A DNA stretch of 64,000 nucleotides from Candidatus Nanosyncoccaceae bacterium (GCA_045603785.1 JAZUMV010000001.1:9343-73342); one strand, 5' to 3'. Shown: positions 51,922 to 61,410, counted from the first letter of the stretch. A program made the numbers and translations. The notes: generated by a model not told the origin, from the sequence alone.

Positions 51922-53294
51922 AGACTTTGCAAAAGGTTTAGGTATTCTTCTGGGATGCTGTGTTCTGGGTTGAAATAATTTGGAATGTCTTCGGTGTAAA
52001 CATTTTTGCCATAGACATTAGCTTGGTATTGCTGAAGTAGTTTTGGAAGATTCTCTGGGTTTTGGTTCTGAACGGCGAGATCGAGCGAATAACAGATTTC
52101 CGCTTTTGTGCCGACACACTCGAACGGCTTGATGGTTTCTGGGAAGACGAGGCCGTTGAAGGTGTCAAAGAGAGTCTCGTCGTCGAGTAGGTCGTGACCG
52201 AAGATTTGTTGGAGTGTGGTCTTCTCGACCCAAGGATAAAGCATGATGTAGACATAGAGGCACTTTGCGCAGTGACCGCACCACTTGTTCTCTTTCATAC
52301 CGACATTGCAGCTGCGGAAGTATGGTAGGTATTGCGGGAATTGGAGGAACTTCTGACAGATTGTATATTCGTTCCAGCAGCGTAAGAGGCTGAAGTAGTG
52401 GATTTTATCGGTAAGGTAGTAACTAGCGTAGTTCTGAAAGTCTTTTTCGAACTCGTAACTCTTGGAATACTGATGATTAATATTCGTGCCGGCAACATTA
52501 GCTTCGTTGGCGCTAGCTTCGTTCGAGACCTCGATATATGCCTTGTTGTTGAGGTAGGCGACAATCATAGCGGCAAAGGCGAGCGTGGACGAGAATGGAA
52601 TATGGCCGTTATAGAAGCCTTGTTTATTTAGCTCAAGCATGTGTTCGTCGAAGCTAAGATTGAAGTTGCGTATATCGCTTAAGCTATAGCCAGCTTCGTC
52701 GATGCAGCTAAGTGCGGCACGATCTTTTGGATAGAGGCTACGATTAAACTGTAGGCAAAGGCTATCGTTATGCATTGGTTGAAGCGCCTCGAGCGTAACG
52801 ACCGAATCTTTGCCGCCACCGACTGGAATGAGGTTACCGTGCAAATCGTCGCCGATGCTGAAGAGTTCGCGTGGAGCTCCGGTGTGGTTCTTGCGTTCTT
52901 CAGAAGGCTCGATGCATTCGATTTGCATGAAGGTGTCGAATTCGAAGTCAAGCTTATTGACGAACATGAATTCGCCGAGGCCGTTAAAGAAGAGCTTGCG
53001 GAAGAACATTTTCTGGTTGTCATCGATATAGCCGGCTTTGATGATGAATTGTGGTGCGCAAGTGAGCTTGTAGTAGCTAATAGCATTAATGATACCGAAG
53101 TTGAAGAAGAGTTCGTTTAAGAACTTTTCGTCGATGTCATTGTTGGTAATTTCGGTTTTTGGAATAGAGACGGTCGGATTGAAGCTATGTTCGCCGAGAC
53201 GGTAGTGGTAGGTTACAACGAGTTCGCTGGCGTCTTTGTTGATATCAAAAGATTCATATACGAATTGTTGGTATAACTCGCGTAGATTTGTCAT
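51918..53294 (-). CDS. PP-loop-like ATPase of unknown name; candidate MurL-type UDP-MurNAc-L-Ala-L-Glu epimerase
   Basis: 458 aa with IPVGGGKDSVVTLEAL (SGGKDS-like PP-loop) and a Cys cluster (WCGHCAKC). It is translationally coupled to murD. The MurL assignment is an inference from context and size. Confidence 0.4.
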   Translation of the reverse strand: MTNLRELYQQFVYESFDINKDASELVVTYHYRLGEHSFNPTVSIPKTEITNNDIDEKFLNELFFNFGIINAISYYKLTCAPQFIIKAGYIDDNQKMFFRKLFFNGLGEFMFVNKLDFEFDTFMQIECIEPSEERKNHTGAPRELFSIGDDLHGNLIPVGGGKDSVVTLEALQPMHNDSLCLQFNRSLYPKDRAALSCIDEAGYSLSDIRNFNLSFDEHMLELNKQGFYNGHIPFSSTLAFAAMIVAYLNNKAYIEVSNEASANEANVAGTNINHQYSKSYEFEKDFQNYASYYLTDKIHYFSLLRCWNEYTICQKFLQFPQYLPYFRSCNVGMKENKWCGHCAKCLYVYIMLYPWVEKTTLQQIFGHDLLDDETLFDTFNGLVFPETIKPFECVGTKAEICYSLDLAVQNQNPENLPKLLQQYQANVYGKNVYTEDIPNYFNPEHSIPEEYLNLLQSL

Positions 53295-53300
53295 AAAAAT

Positions 53301-53330
53301 ATTATATCATCTTAGAATATCAGATATAAT
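53301..53330. promoter_or_regulatory. Back-to-back divergent -10 elements in a 44-bp intergenic region; both mRNAs near-leaderless
   Basis: On the minus strand, TGATATAAT (53309-53301) lies 6 nt before ATG 53294. On the plus strand, TATAAT (53325-53330) lies 8 nt before ATG 53339. Confidence 0.55.
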
Positions 53331-53338
53331 AGTAAGAT

Positions 53339-56197
53339 ATGGATGGAGACGCAATCAGGATTCGTGGTGCGCGTGCGAACAATCTTAAGAACATCGACAT
53401 AGATATTCCGCGCGATAAATTAGTTGTTATGACGGGGCTTTCTGGTTCCGGTAAATCTTCGCTTGCGTTTGATACGATTTACGCCGAAGGCCAGCGTCGT
53501 TATGTTGAATCTTTATCTTCTTACGCCCGTATGTTCCTCGGTGTGATGGATAAGCCTGATGTTGATACGATTACGGGTCTTTCTCCAGCGATCTCGATTG
53601 ATCAGAAGTCGACTTCGCGCAACCCTCGCTCTACGGTTGCGACTGTTACGGAAATCTACGATTACTTACGTCTGCTTTTTGCGCGCATCGGCGTGCCGCA
53701 TTGTCCGATTTGCCATAAGGCGGTTGCGAAGCGCACGGTTCAGGATGTGATTGACCAGGTTTTGACTTGGCCAACTGCTTCTAAGTTAATGGTGCTTGCG
53801 CCAATTGTTACTCATAAGAAGGGTTCATTCTCGCATGTTGGCGAGCAGTATCAGGCGAAAGGTTTTGCGCGTGCGCGTGTCGATGGCATTGTTTATGCCC
53901 TTGATGAGTGGCCGGAACTAGATAAGAATCTTTATCACGATATCGAGATTGTCGTCGATCGTTTTGTGATGGCGCCAGATATGGAAAGCCGTATTTCGGC
54001 TTCAGTTGAGCAGGCTTTGTCGCTTGGCGATGGCATTATGAAGATTCTCTGCATCAAAGATAATTCGACCGCGCTTGGTAGTAGTCACATCAATACGCTA
54101 GATGCGGAAGTCGTGACTTATTCACAGCGTTATGCTTGTCCAGATCATCCAGATGAATTAATACCGGAGCTTGAACCGCGTCTCTTCTCTTTTAACCAGC
54201 CGCAGGGCGCCTGTCCAGTTTGTACTGGTCTTGGTACGCGTATGGAAATTGATCCTGAGCTAGTTTTGAATCCAAATCTGACGATTGCTGAGGGCGGTAT
54301 TCGTCCATACAACCGTATTAATCAGGATTCTTGGTGGCTAAAGCGTTTGTCGGCAGTTGGTGAGCGTCATGGCTTCTCGGTGCGCGAACCGATTGGTCTA
54401 CTCTCGGATGAGGCTAAGCAGATTATTCTTTATGGTACAGGCGACGAAAAGTATCATGTTAAGCTAAGTAATGGCTATGAATATGACTCGGTTTATGAAG
54501 GTGTAATTCCAAATCTTGAACGCCGTCATAAGGAAACCGAATCAGAGTTCATTCGTAAAGATATCGAGCGCTTTATGCGTGAGAGGGTTTGCCAGTCTTG
54601 TCACGGTGCGCGTTTAAAGCCGGTGGTTTTGGCGGTTACAGTTCATGATCTTAATATTATGGATATGTGCTCGATGGATGTCGATCAGACGCTCGATGTA
54701 TTGAGCGGCGACCTTGGTCTAACTGAAAATGAGCAGATGATTGCTGGTCCGATTTTGAAGGAGATTAAATCTCGTGTTGGTTTCATGAAAGACGTTGGTC
54801 TTAACTATCTTGAGCTTTCTCGCTCGGCAGCCACCCTTTCTGGTGGCGAGGCGCAGCGTATTCGTTTGGCAACCCAGATTGGTTCTGGCCTTCAGGGCGT
54901 TTTGTATGTACTTGATGAGCCTTCGATTGGTTTGCATCAGCGCGATAATGACCGTTTGATTGCGACTTTGAAACATCTCCGGGATTTGCATAATACTGTG
55001 ATTGTGGTTGAGCATGACGAAGATACGATTCGTGCGGCAGATTATCTTGTAGATATTGGTCCTGGTGCGGGCGTTAAAGGTGGCGAAGTGGTTGCTGCTG
55101 GCACGCCTGAAGAAGTTGCAAAAAATAAGGATTCGATTACTGGCCAGTATCTTTCTGGTAAGAAAAAGATTGATGTACCAAAGAAGCGTCGCAAACCAAG
55201 TGGCAAGTATTTGGAGGTAATTGGCGCTCGCGAGAATAACTTGAAAAATATTGATGTAAAGTTCCCACTTGGTGTCATGACGGTTGTTTCTGGTGTCTCT
55301 GGTTCGGGCAAATCTACGCTCGTGAATGGTATTGTAGCGAATGAGCTTTTGGCTCGCCTACACCGCGCGCAGACGGTTCCTGGGGCGCATGAACGCATTG
55401 ATGGCATTGAGAATCTTAATAAGGCAATTGTGATTGATCAGTCTCCGATTGGCCGCACGCCGCGTTCGAATCCGGCGACCTATACTGGAGTCTTCAATTA
55501 TATTCGTGAATTATTTGCGAATCAGCCAGAGGCGCAGGTGCGCGGCTATGGTCCTGGTCGCTTCTCTTTCAATGTTAAGGGTGGCCGCTGCGAAAACTGT
55601 CAGGGCGACGGTGTGATTAAGATCGAGATGCACTTCTTGCCAGATGTGTTTGTAACTTGCGATGTCTGTCATGGCAAAAGATATAACCGTGAGGCGCTCG
55701 AGGTGCGCTATAAGGGTAAGACGATTTCTGATGTGCTTGAAATGACGGTTGATGAGGCGCTTGAATTCTTTGAGAATATCCCTGTAATTGCGAACAAGAT
55801 GAAGACTTTGCAGGAAGTTGGCCTTGGCTATATTCGCCTTGGTCAGCCAGCAACGACTTTCTCTGGCGGCGAGGCTCAGCGTATTAAACTCGCAACCGAG
55901 CTCGCGCGTCGTTCGACCGGTAAGACCTTGTATATTCTCGATGAGCCAACGACCGGTTTGCATACAGACGATGTTGGGCGTTTGCTTTCGATTCTTCAGA
56001 AGCTCGTCAATGGCGGTAACTCAATGATTATTATTGAGCATAATCTCGATGTAATTAAGAGCGCTGATTATATTATCGATATGGGACCAGAAGGCGGTCA
56101 AGGTGGTGGTAGAGTCGTGGCGGTTGGTACACCGGAAGAGGTTGCAAAGAATCCGAACTCGGTTACGGGCGAATATCTAAAGAAGCTATTGAAGTAA
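53339..56197 (+). CDS. uvrA: Excinuclease ABC subunit A
   Basis: Two ABC modules ([12 protein letters not shown] and [11 protein letters not shown]), LSGGEAQRI twice, and zinc-finger Cys pairs ([25 protein letters not shown]). Confidence 0.95.
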   Translation: MDGDAIRIRGARANNLKNIDIDIPRDKLVVMTGLSGSGKSSLAFDTIYAEGQRRYVESLSSYARMFLGVMDKPDVDTITGLSPAISIDQKSTSRNPRSTVATVTEIYDYLRLLFARIGVPHCPICHKAVAKRTVQDVIDQVLTWPTASKLMVLAPIVTHKKGSFSHVGEQYQAKGFARARVDGIVYALDEWPELDKNLYHDIEIVVDRFVMAPDMESRISASVEQALSLGDGIMKILCIKDNSTALGSSHINTLDAEVVTYSQRYACPDHPDELIPELEPRLFSFNQPQGACPVCTGLGTRMEIDPELVLNPNLTIAEGGIRPYNRINQDSWWLKRLSAVGERHGFSVREPIGLLSDEAKQIILYGTGDEKYHVKLSNGYEYDSVYEGVIPNLERRHKETESEFIRKDIERFMRERVCQSCHGARLKPVVLAVTVHDLNIMDMCSMDVDQTLDVLSGDLGLTENEQMIAGPILKEIKSRVGFMKDVGLNYLELSRSAATLSGGEAQRIRLATQIGSGLQGVLYVLDEPSIGLHQRDNDRLIATLKHLRDLHNTVIVVEHDEDTIRAADYLVDIGPGAGVKGGEVVAAGTPEEVAKNKDSITGQYLSGKKKIDVPKKRRKPSGKYLEVIGARENNLKNIDVKFPLGVMTVVSGVSGSGKSTLVNGIVANELLARLHRAQTVPGAHERIDGIENLNKAIVIDQSPIGRTPRSNPATYTGVFNYIRELFANQPEAQVRGYGPGRFSFNVKGGRCENCQGDGVIKIEMHFLPDVFVTCDVCHGKRYNREALEVRYKGKTISDVLEMTVDEALEFFENIPVIANKMKTLQEVGLGYIRLGQPATTFSGGEAQRIKLATELARRSTGKTLYILDEPTTGLHTDDVGRLLSILQKLVNGGNSMIIIEHNLDVIKSADYIIDMGPEGGQGGGRVVAVGTPEEVAKNPNSVTGEYLKKLLK

Positions 56198-56202
56198 CAA
56201 AA

Positions 56203-56230
56203 AATCTCCTGAGAAATCGGGGGATTTTTG
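56203..56230 (+). terminator. Intrinsic terminator after uvrA
   Basis: aatctcc...ggggatt stem followed by ttttt. Confidence 0.6.
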
Positions 56231-56313
56231 TTAGCATAAGCTCTTCTCTGTTTACTAGGGGTGATAAATGGTTTAGAATATACCTATAAAGGTTAATTTA
56301 GGGAAAGAAAATC

Positions 56314-56991
56314 ATGAGTGAAAGTTCATTGAATCTCGCAAAACGCGAGCTTACCGGAAAGAAAGCAAAATCCCTCCGCGAACAAGGTATTATTCCTTCT
56401 GTCGTATTTGGTGGTAAGGAGCCGATTTTGACTCAGTCCGAGTATGTTGAAACCGATAAGGCTGTCCGTGCTGTTGGCTATCATTCCCCAATCGATTTGA
56501 TGATTGATGGCAAGAAGCAGATGGCAATGGTTAAAACTGTTGACATGGATCCAGTCAAGCATTTGATTCGTAATATTGAATTTCAGGCAATTAAGGCTAG
56601 CTCAGTCGTTGAAGCGACTGCTCCAATTACGCTTGTAGGCTTTGAGGGTTCTGAAGCAAGCAAGGCTCATCTCGAAGTTTTGCGCGTGCTTGAAGAAATT
56701 GACGTTAAGGCAAAGCCTGCCGCTCTTCCAGAGGCAATCGAAGTTGATGCTTCAAAATTAGCCGCTGTTGGCGATAAGCTAACCATTGCAGATATCGTCT
56801 TGCCAAATGGTGTCGAATTCGCCGATAAGGAAATCGATACTGAAGCTGTAATTGCTAATGTCTTTGATCCTGCTGCTGAAGCCGCTGAGCGCGAAGCAAA
56901 GGCCGCTGCAGACAAGGAGGCTGAAGAGGCTCGTGCTGCTGAGGCCGAAGCTGCTGTAGAAACTCCTGCTGAAGAAAAGAAAGAAGCCTAG
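56314..56991 (+). CDS. rplY: Ribosomal protein L25/Ctc form with an Ala/Glu-rich tail
   Basis: RELTGKKAKSLREQGIIPSVVFG, and HLIRNIEFQAI in the L25 beta-barrel, plus the Ctc C-terminal domain. The tail is AEEARAAEAEAAVETPAEEKKEA. Confidence 0.85.
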   Translation: MSESSLNLAKRELTGKKAKSLREQGIIPSVVFGGKEPILTQSEYVETDKAVRAVGYHSPIDLMIDGKKQMAMVKTVDMDPVKHLIRNIEFQAIKASSVVEATAPITLVGFEGSEASKAHLEVLRVLEEIDVKAKPAALPEAIEVDASKLAAVGDKLTIADIVLPNGVEFADKEIDTEAVIANVFDPAAEAAEREAKAAADKEAEEARAAEAEAAVETPAEEKKEA

Positions 56992-57002
56992 TTTTAAGAA
57001 CG

Positions 57003-57072
57003 AAAAAGCGCATATTAAACTTCCTCAAGAGCTAAATAGGGACGCTCTCTCGGAAGATAGTATGCGCTTTTT
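57003..57072. terminator. Long composite hairpin between convergent genes (bidirectional terminator)
   Basis: The aaaaagcgcata/tatgcgcttttt outer stem (12 bp) encloses cttcc/ggaag and agagc/gctct. Confidence 0.6.
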
Positions 57073-57095
57073 GCTTGAATTGTTTTTGAAATGCG

Positions 57096-57707
57096 TTAAC
57101 TATTATCTACACAATAGGCTGCCCCACCCTCCAAGACATATCTTAGAGCGAAGTCATTGGCGCCATCGGTTGCTATAACCTGTGCATTTGGGTTATCATG
57201 GTCGCATTTTGCGTGAGTGTGTGCGAAGATGATGTGGCTAGTTCTCGCGATTTCTGCAAGGTTGAATACCCAAACACTGCCTGCAACTTGGTATTCGTGA
57301 TCGAATTTATATGCAAGGACATATGGCGTGCCGTCTGGATCGCTGAATTGATCGCCGCAAGATTCGTATGTGATGTTTGGCGAATAAGTATAGTCTCCGA
57401 TTTCTACGTTCTTTTTAATATTTGTACAGCTTTCGTCGATATAATGCGAGATGAACCCTTCGTCTAATTCTAAGTCTGCTGGATTGGTGCTATTTTTGAC
57501 TTTGTTTCGGAATGGAAGTCGGTTATTTACTGCTTGATAATTAGTCGTAGCGGTAGCTATTCTTGCCATGTCCGAACGGCGGCGTGTATTTCTTTGGCTG
57601 CGCTGTAATGCCGGCAAGGCAATAAAGACCATCAAGAAGATAAGTCCTGCTATGGCTAGAACCAGTACAACTTCGATTATTGTAAAGCCGTGCCGGTTAT
57701 TACGCAT
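57096..57707 (-). CDS. Type IV pilin-like protein (paralog 4, unlinked)
   Basis: MRNNRHG/FTIIEVVLVLAIAGLIFLMVFIALPALQRSQRNTRRRSDMARI is identical to the cluster paralogs through this region. It also has DQFSDPDGTPY and the C-terminal LEGGAAYCVDNS. Confidence 0.85.
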   Translation of the reverse strand: MRNNRHGFTIIEVVLVLAIAGLIFLMVFIALPALQRSQRNTRRRSDMARIATATTNYQAVNNRLPFRNKVKNSTNPADLELDEGFISHYIDESCTNIKKNVEIGDYTYSPNITYESCGDQFSDPDGTPYVLAYKFDHEYQVAGSVWVFNLAEIARTSHIIFAHTHAKCDHDNPNAQVIATDGANDFALRYVLEGGAAYCVDNS

Positions 57708-57709
57708 GT

Positions 57710-59563
57710 TTAGTCCTTCTTGGTTAATGCTTCAGTATTGGCGATTAGCCTTTGGCGGAAGCCTTCGCGAGCGGCGTCGGCGTTATTATTGTCACCCTTC
57801 CAAGCATTTAATGCTGGATCTTGCAGAGCGCGAGCGAAGCTGAAAGTGACTGGCCATGGGAACGGGCCATTGTTTGTGACTTCCTGGAGATTCTCAGTTG
57901 CTTGCTCGACGCTTTGACCACCGCTTAGGAAGACGACGCCCGCAAGTTTTTCTGGGACATGCTGTTTGAGAACATTGGCGGTAGCTTTACCGACTTCTTG
58001 TGGCGTAGACTGAACTGCTTGCTTTTTGCCGGCTAGAACCATATTAACCTTAAGAATGCAGCCTTCGAGATCGATAGCCTTCTTGCTGAGCTCTTCAAAT
58101 AGAACATCAAGAATTTTGCTGGTCGTGTCGATATTCTGCTGAAGCGTGTAATCTCCGTCGTAAACCAATTCTGGTTCAACGATTGGAACGATATTGGCGT
58201 TCTGACAATCTAGGGCGTACTGCGCGAGAATTTCGGCGTTCTTGCGAATTGCCATATCGCTTGGGCTATGGTCGGTTAACTCAAAAGCGGCACGCCACTT
58301 AGCGAAGCGAGCGCCCATATTGTAGTATTCTTTGAGTCTGTCTGGGAGCCCATCGAGGCCTTGAGTATATTTTTCATCGGAGTTTTCGAAGTTGACGAGG
58401 CCTTGGTCTACCTTGATGCCGGCGATGATGCCTTTGTTTCGGAGGTAGGAAACGAAATCTTTGCCATCGTCTGCTTTCTGACGAGCGGTTTCATCGAAGA
58501 GGATAACGCCACTAACGTATTTTTCGATGTCTGGGGTTGTGAAGAAGAGGTTGCGATAGTCGCGGCGATGCTGCTCATCGTCCGGAATATTCATGCTCTC
58601 GAATTTCTTGTGAATAGAGCCACCAGATTCATCGGCGGCGAGAATGCCCTTGTTTGGTGCAAGGAGTTTCTTTGCATTTTCTTCGATTTCGGTCATTTTG
58701 CGTTGTTCCTCGTGTTTTTCTACTCTTTCAATGAGATATTCTTCGTCGATAACTTCCTGGTCGAGCTTGGAAAGATTGCTGGTGCTGCCAAGGCGAGATT
58801 CCTCGACATTCTTGCGAGCGAGCATCAAGCAGCGGCTGACGGTTTTGCCCTTGAGGATTGCGCCAAAAACAGTCGCGGCGACGGTAAGGTTAATGCTGAG
58901 GCGTGTAAGTAAATCTTTTGAGTTAACATTAAGCGGAGCTGGAATACGACGGCCTTGGAAGATGATGTATTTGTCTGTAATCGTGACGGGATTCTTGGCT
59001 GGATAGTTAAGCTTAGTGTCCGTCAGAATGAGACTGGCGCGCTGCAAAAGTTTTTGCATATATTTGGCGTTTTGATTGCTGCGCTTGTTGATAAAGATTG
59101 CGAGGCGAGTCTTCGTGTTGAGCGTGAGATACTCAAGGATCTTATTGCCAAGATTCGGCGTAATGTTGGCACTGCGATCGATATATAGCCAATCTGGGGC
59201 AGAGATTGGATTGGACCAAGCAGATTCGCGATAAGTGCTTGGGGTCAAGAACGAAATGCTATCGTCGTGGCAAAGGATGTAACGATAGTCGATTTGTGAT
59301 TCGTTGGCAAAGAATTGGCCTTCGATGAAGCGGGCTGGCGTATTGACGATTTGTGCATCAATACCAAAGCGTGTTAGGACTTCAAGACTAATGCTGGCGC
59401 CGCCATAGATTGAGGCGCGTGAATAGTATTTGCGCGAAGAATGATTAAATGGGATGTCTAGCCAGCTTACGCCATTCTGGTCTAGCTCGAATTTATTGAG
59501 ACGGTTATCCATGCGTAGATAGACGTCTTTTGTAATGTTGCCCACGATTAAGACTTTTGCCAT
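57710..59563 (-). CDS. Fusion protein: N-terminal PfkB/ribokinase-like domain plus C-terminal class I fructose-bisphosphate aldolase
   Basis: The C-terminal ~330 aa carry GILAADESGGS, GIKVDQG and the Schiff-base region CILKVNMV. The N-terminal ~290 aa carry VLIVGNITKDVY and GGASISLEVLTRFG (PfkB signature-1-like). The DTxGAGD motif appears replaced by LTVAATVFGA. Confidence 0.75.
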   Translation of the reverse strand: MAKVLIVGNITKDVYLRMDNRLNKFELDQNGVSWLDIPFNHSSRKYYSRASIYGGASISLEVLTRFGIDAQIVNTPARFIEGQFFANESQIDYRYILCHDDSISFLTPSTYRESAWSNPISAPDWLYIDRSANITPNLGNKILEYLTLNTKTRLAIFINKRSNQNAKYMQKLLQRASLILTDTKLNYPAKNPVTITDKYIIFQGRRIPAPLNVNSKDLLTRLSINLTVAATVFGAILKGKTVSRCLMLARKNVEESRLGSTSNLSKLDQEVIDEEYLIERVEKHEEQRKMTEIEENAKKLLAPNKGILAADESGGSIHKKFESMNIPDDEQHRRDYRNLFFTTPDIEKYVSGVILFDETARQKADDGKDFVSYLRNKGIIAGIKVDQGLVNFENSDEKYTQGLDGLPDRLKEYYNMGARFAKWRAAFELTDHSPSDMAIRKNAEILAQYALDCQNANIVPIVEPELVYDGDYTLQQNIDTTSKILDVLFEELSKKAIDLEGCILKVNMVLAGKKQAVQSTPQEVGKATANVLKQHVPEKLAGVVFLSGGQSVEQATENLQEVTNNGPFPWPVTFSFARALQDPALNAWKGDNNNADAAREGFRQRLIANTEALTKKD

Positions 59564-59590
59564 GCTTTTAGTATAGCATAAACAGAATGG

Positions 59591-59713
59591 CTATTGCTTC
59601 TTGGGTGGGGTCCACTCGATGTGCTTGTTACAATGCTGGCACTTCGTAACGGTGCCGATAGCCTTGTTGGAATGATCTTTTTTGATACTAGCTTGCGTTT
59701 TGGTTGTGTTCAT
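59591..59713 (-). CDS. Possible 40-aa basic peptide with a CxxC pair (MNTTKTQASIKKDHSNKAIGTVTKCQHCNKHIEWTPPKKQ)
   Basis: It fills the gap upstream of the aldolase fusion on the same strand. No SD and no recognised family. Confidence 0.25.
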   Translation of the reverse strand: MNTTKTQASIKKDHSNKAIGTVTKCQHCNKHIEWTPPKKQ

Positions 59714-59763
59714 GTTTTAATATAGGAAGCGAGCGAATGTGTTCTCAGAAGGAGGATGAGAAT

Positions 59764-60285
59764 ATGAGCACATTAAAGAATATTGGAAAGGTTTTCGTTG
59801 TTTTCTTGGCCATCATCGGCCTGCTGTTTCTGCCTAAGATGGTATTTAAGGGAACGGTGATTCATGTGACGACTAAGGCTCTTGAGGAAGAGGAAGCACG
59901 GTCGAATAACTTTGAGGACCATCTTTGGAATGCTAAGGAGTTGGTCGCAAAGGAGCTTAACTATGAGGGGTCTCTTGATCGTCTCGAACTGTACACGGCT
60001 GGTGGCTGCTATAGCTATAAGCTTTTGACAGATGAAGGATATGAATCAGGGTCCTTTAGTGACAAGAACGCAAAGGCCGAGCTCGATAAGGCAGTCTCGT
60101 ACGGCGATAATCATGCGGGTTTCGTGGACGCTGCCGTCGCGGGTGCTAATGGCCTTGAGTCCGGCGTGATTCTCGGTTTTATTGCTGCAGCTTTGGTGGC
60201 TGCTGTGATTATCGGAATTGCCTATTTCTGCGTGAACTGGCTTGAGGATTTCGATATGACTGAACTGTTGAGAAGAAGGACGTAA
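59764..60285 (+). CDS. Hypothetical bitopic/two-TM protein (173 aa)
   Basis: Start at MSTLKNIGKVF after AAGGAGG. N-terminal TM is VFVVFLAIIGLLFL and C-terminal TM is VILGFIAAALVAAVIIGIAYF. Confidence 0.55.
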   Translation: MSTLKNIGKVFVVFLAIIGLLFLPKMVFKGTVIHVTTKALEEEEARSNNFEDHLWNAKELVAKELNYEGSLDRLELYTAGGCYSYKLLTDEGYESGSFSDKNAKAELDKAVSYGDNHAGFVDAAVAGANGLESGVILGFIAAALVAAVIIGIAYFCVNWLEDFDMTELLRRRT

Positions 60286-60342
60286 ATATAGTCACGGTCA
60301 TTCGGTATGAACCAAAAAGCTCGCTAAAAAACTTGCACCTTA

Positions 60343-60365
60343 TGCACCGCTTCGGCGGTGCTTTT
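60343..60365 (+). terminator. Intrinsic terminator with a UUCG tetraloop
   Basis: gcaccgc-ttcg-gcggtgc followed by tttt. Confidence 0.8.
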
Positions 60366-60383
60366 CTTTTGCTCTCTGCTGCA

Positions 60384-60412
60384 TTGACAAAAACGCCTAA
60401 ATCTGATATAAT
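60384..60412 (+). promoter_or_regulatory. Perfect sigma70 consensus promoter TTGACA-17-TATAAT
   Basis: TTGACA 60384-60389, 17-nt spacer, TATAAT 60407-60412. A ~145-nt structured leader follows. Confidence 0.7.
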
Positions 60413-60562
60413 ATAGACATATACGTTTTTTGTTGCTCTTTTTTATCTGTTGTTGACGGAGTGGGGGTGTTGTTATGGCACCTCTTCTATGGACACTCCC
60501 ATCCCGTCAATAACAAACGACGGTGACAAACCAATCCGCCATATCGTAGAAAGGAAAAAGCT

Positions 60563-61303
60563 ATGAGTATTTCTATTTCAGACATCCGTACCGCCGTCCC
60601 TGCCATGAGCGAGGACTTCTATGTGCTCGCTGAGTATTACATCGCGGCTCTCAATGGTCGCACTAATGCTTCGGCTGGCATGCTGACTCTCATCGGAGTC
60701 GTGGATGACCTCGAAAAAGGTCGTTGCGGCTTCGCGCAGAAGATCGATATCCCTAAGGCCTTCATCGAGCGCCGCGACTATGTGAAGGGTCAGCTCCCTA
60801 ACCTGGTCTATCTCTGGGATAAGTTCTTCCCGGATGAGGCCGAGCAGTTCCGCAACGGCATCGCTTTGACTTTCAAGTGGGATGTTCCTCCTCTGCAGGA
60901 GGCGAAGGTTTCCGAGGATGAGCTTCCCTATGTGAAGGCTGCCGTGGAGTGGTGGCTGAATCAGGTTCAGCACCCTTCCCAGGACAACGGCGAGCCTGAA
61001 TTCGCGTTTGTGTTCCTGTTGCTCGGGAACACAATGCGCGCTAAGCTCGATGAAAGTCAGGCGAAGCGCTTCGTCGAGATGCTCTCCGAAGGCATCAAGA
61101 AGGAGCTCGAGGAGCGTGATGAGGTCTGGCTGGACGTTGACTACGGTCCTTGTGAGTTGCTCGCGAAAGTGGGCGAAGAGCTTGAGATCGATGGCTTCTC
61201 CTGGCCTTGCAAGACCTCGATGAAAGTCTCGGCTAAGAAGGTCGAGGTCTCTTGCGGCTACTGTAGTCCGTGGGAAACGCTCTGGGAGGCTCCGGCTGAG
61301 TAA
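60563..61303 (+). CDS. Hypothetical GC-rich protein (246 aa)
   Basis: GAAAGGAAAAAG SD region. Followed by the terminator at 61326-61352. The longer antisense ORF 60578..61411 is judged an artefact. No recognised domain. Confidence 0.55.
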   Translation: MSISISDIRTAVPAMSEDFYVLAEYYIAALNGRTNASAGMLTLIGVVDDLEKGRCGFAQKIDIPKAFIERRDYVKGQLPNLVYLWDKFFPDEAEQFRNGIALTFKWDVPPLQEAKVSEDELPYVKAAVEWWLNQVQHPSQDNGEPEFAFVFLLLGNTMRAKLDESQAKRFVEMLSEGIKKELEERDEVWLDVDYGPCELLAKVGEELEIDGFSWPCKTSMKVSAKKVEVSCGYCSPWETLWEAPAE

Positions 61304-61325
61304 TGTGTAACCGTCGCCAAAAATC

Positions 61326-61352
61326 CCCCGCCTGTAATGGGCGGGGCTTTTT
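61326..61352 (+). terminator. Intrinsic terminator
   Basis: ccccgcc-tgtaatg-ggcgggg followed by cttttt. Confidence 0.75.
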
Positions 61353-61410
61353 GATGCCTTTTTGATGCCTTTTTTGGTGCTTTTGGGGTTTGATTTTTTG
61401 AACGAATACA

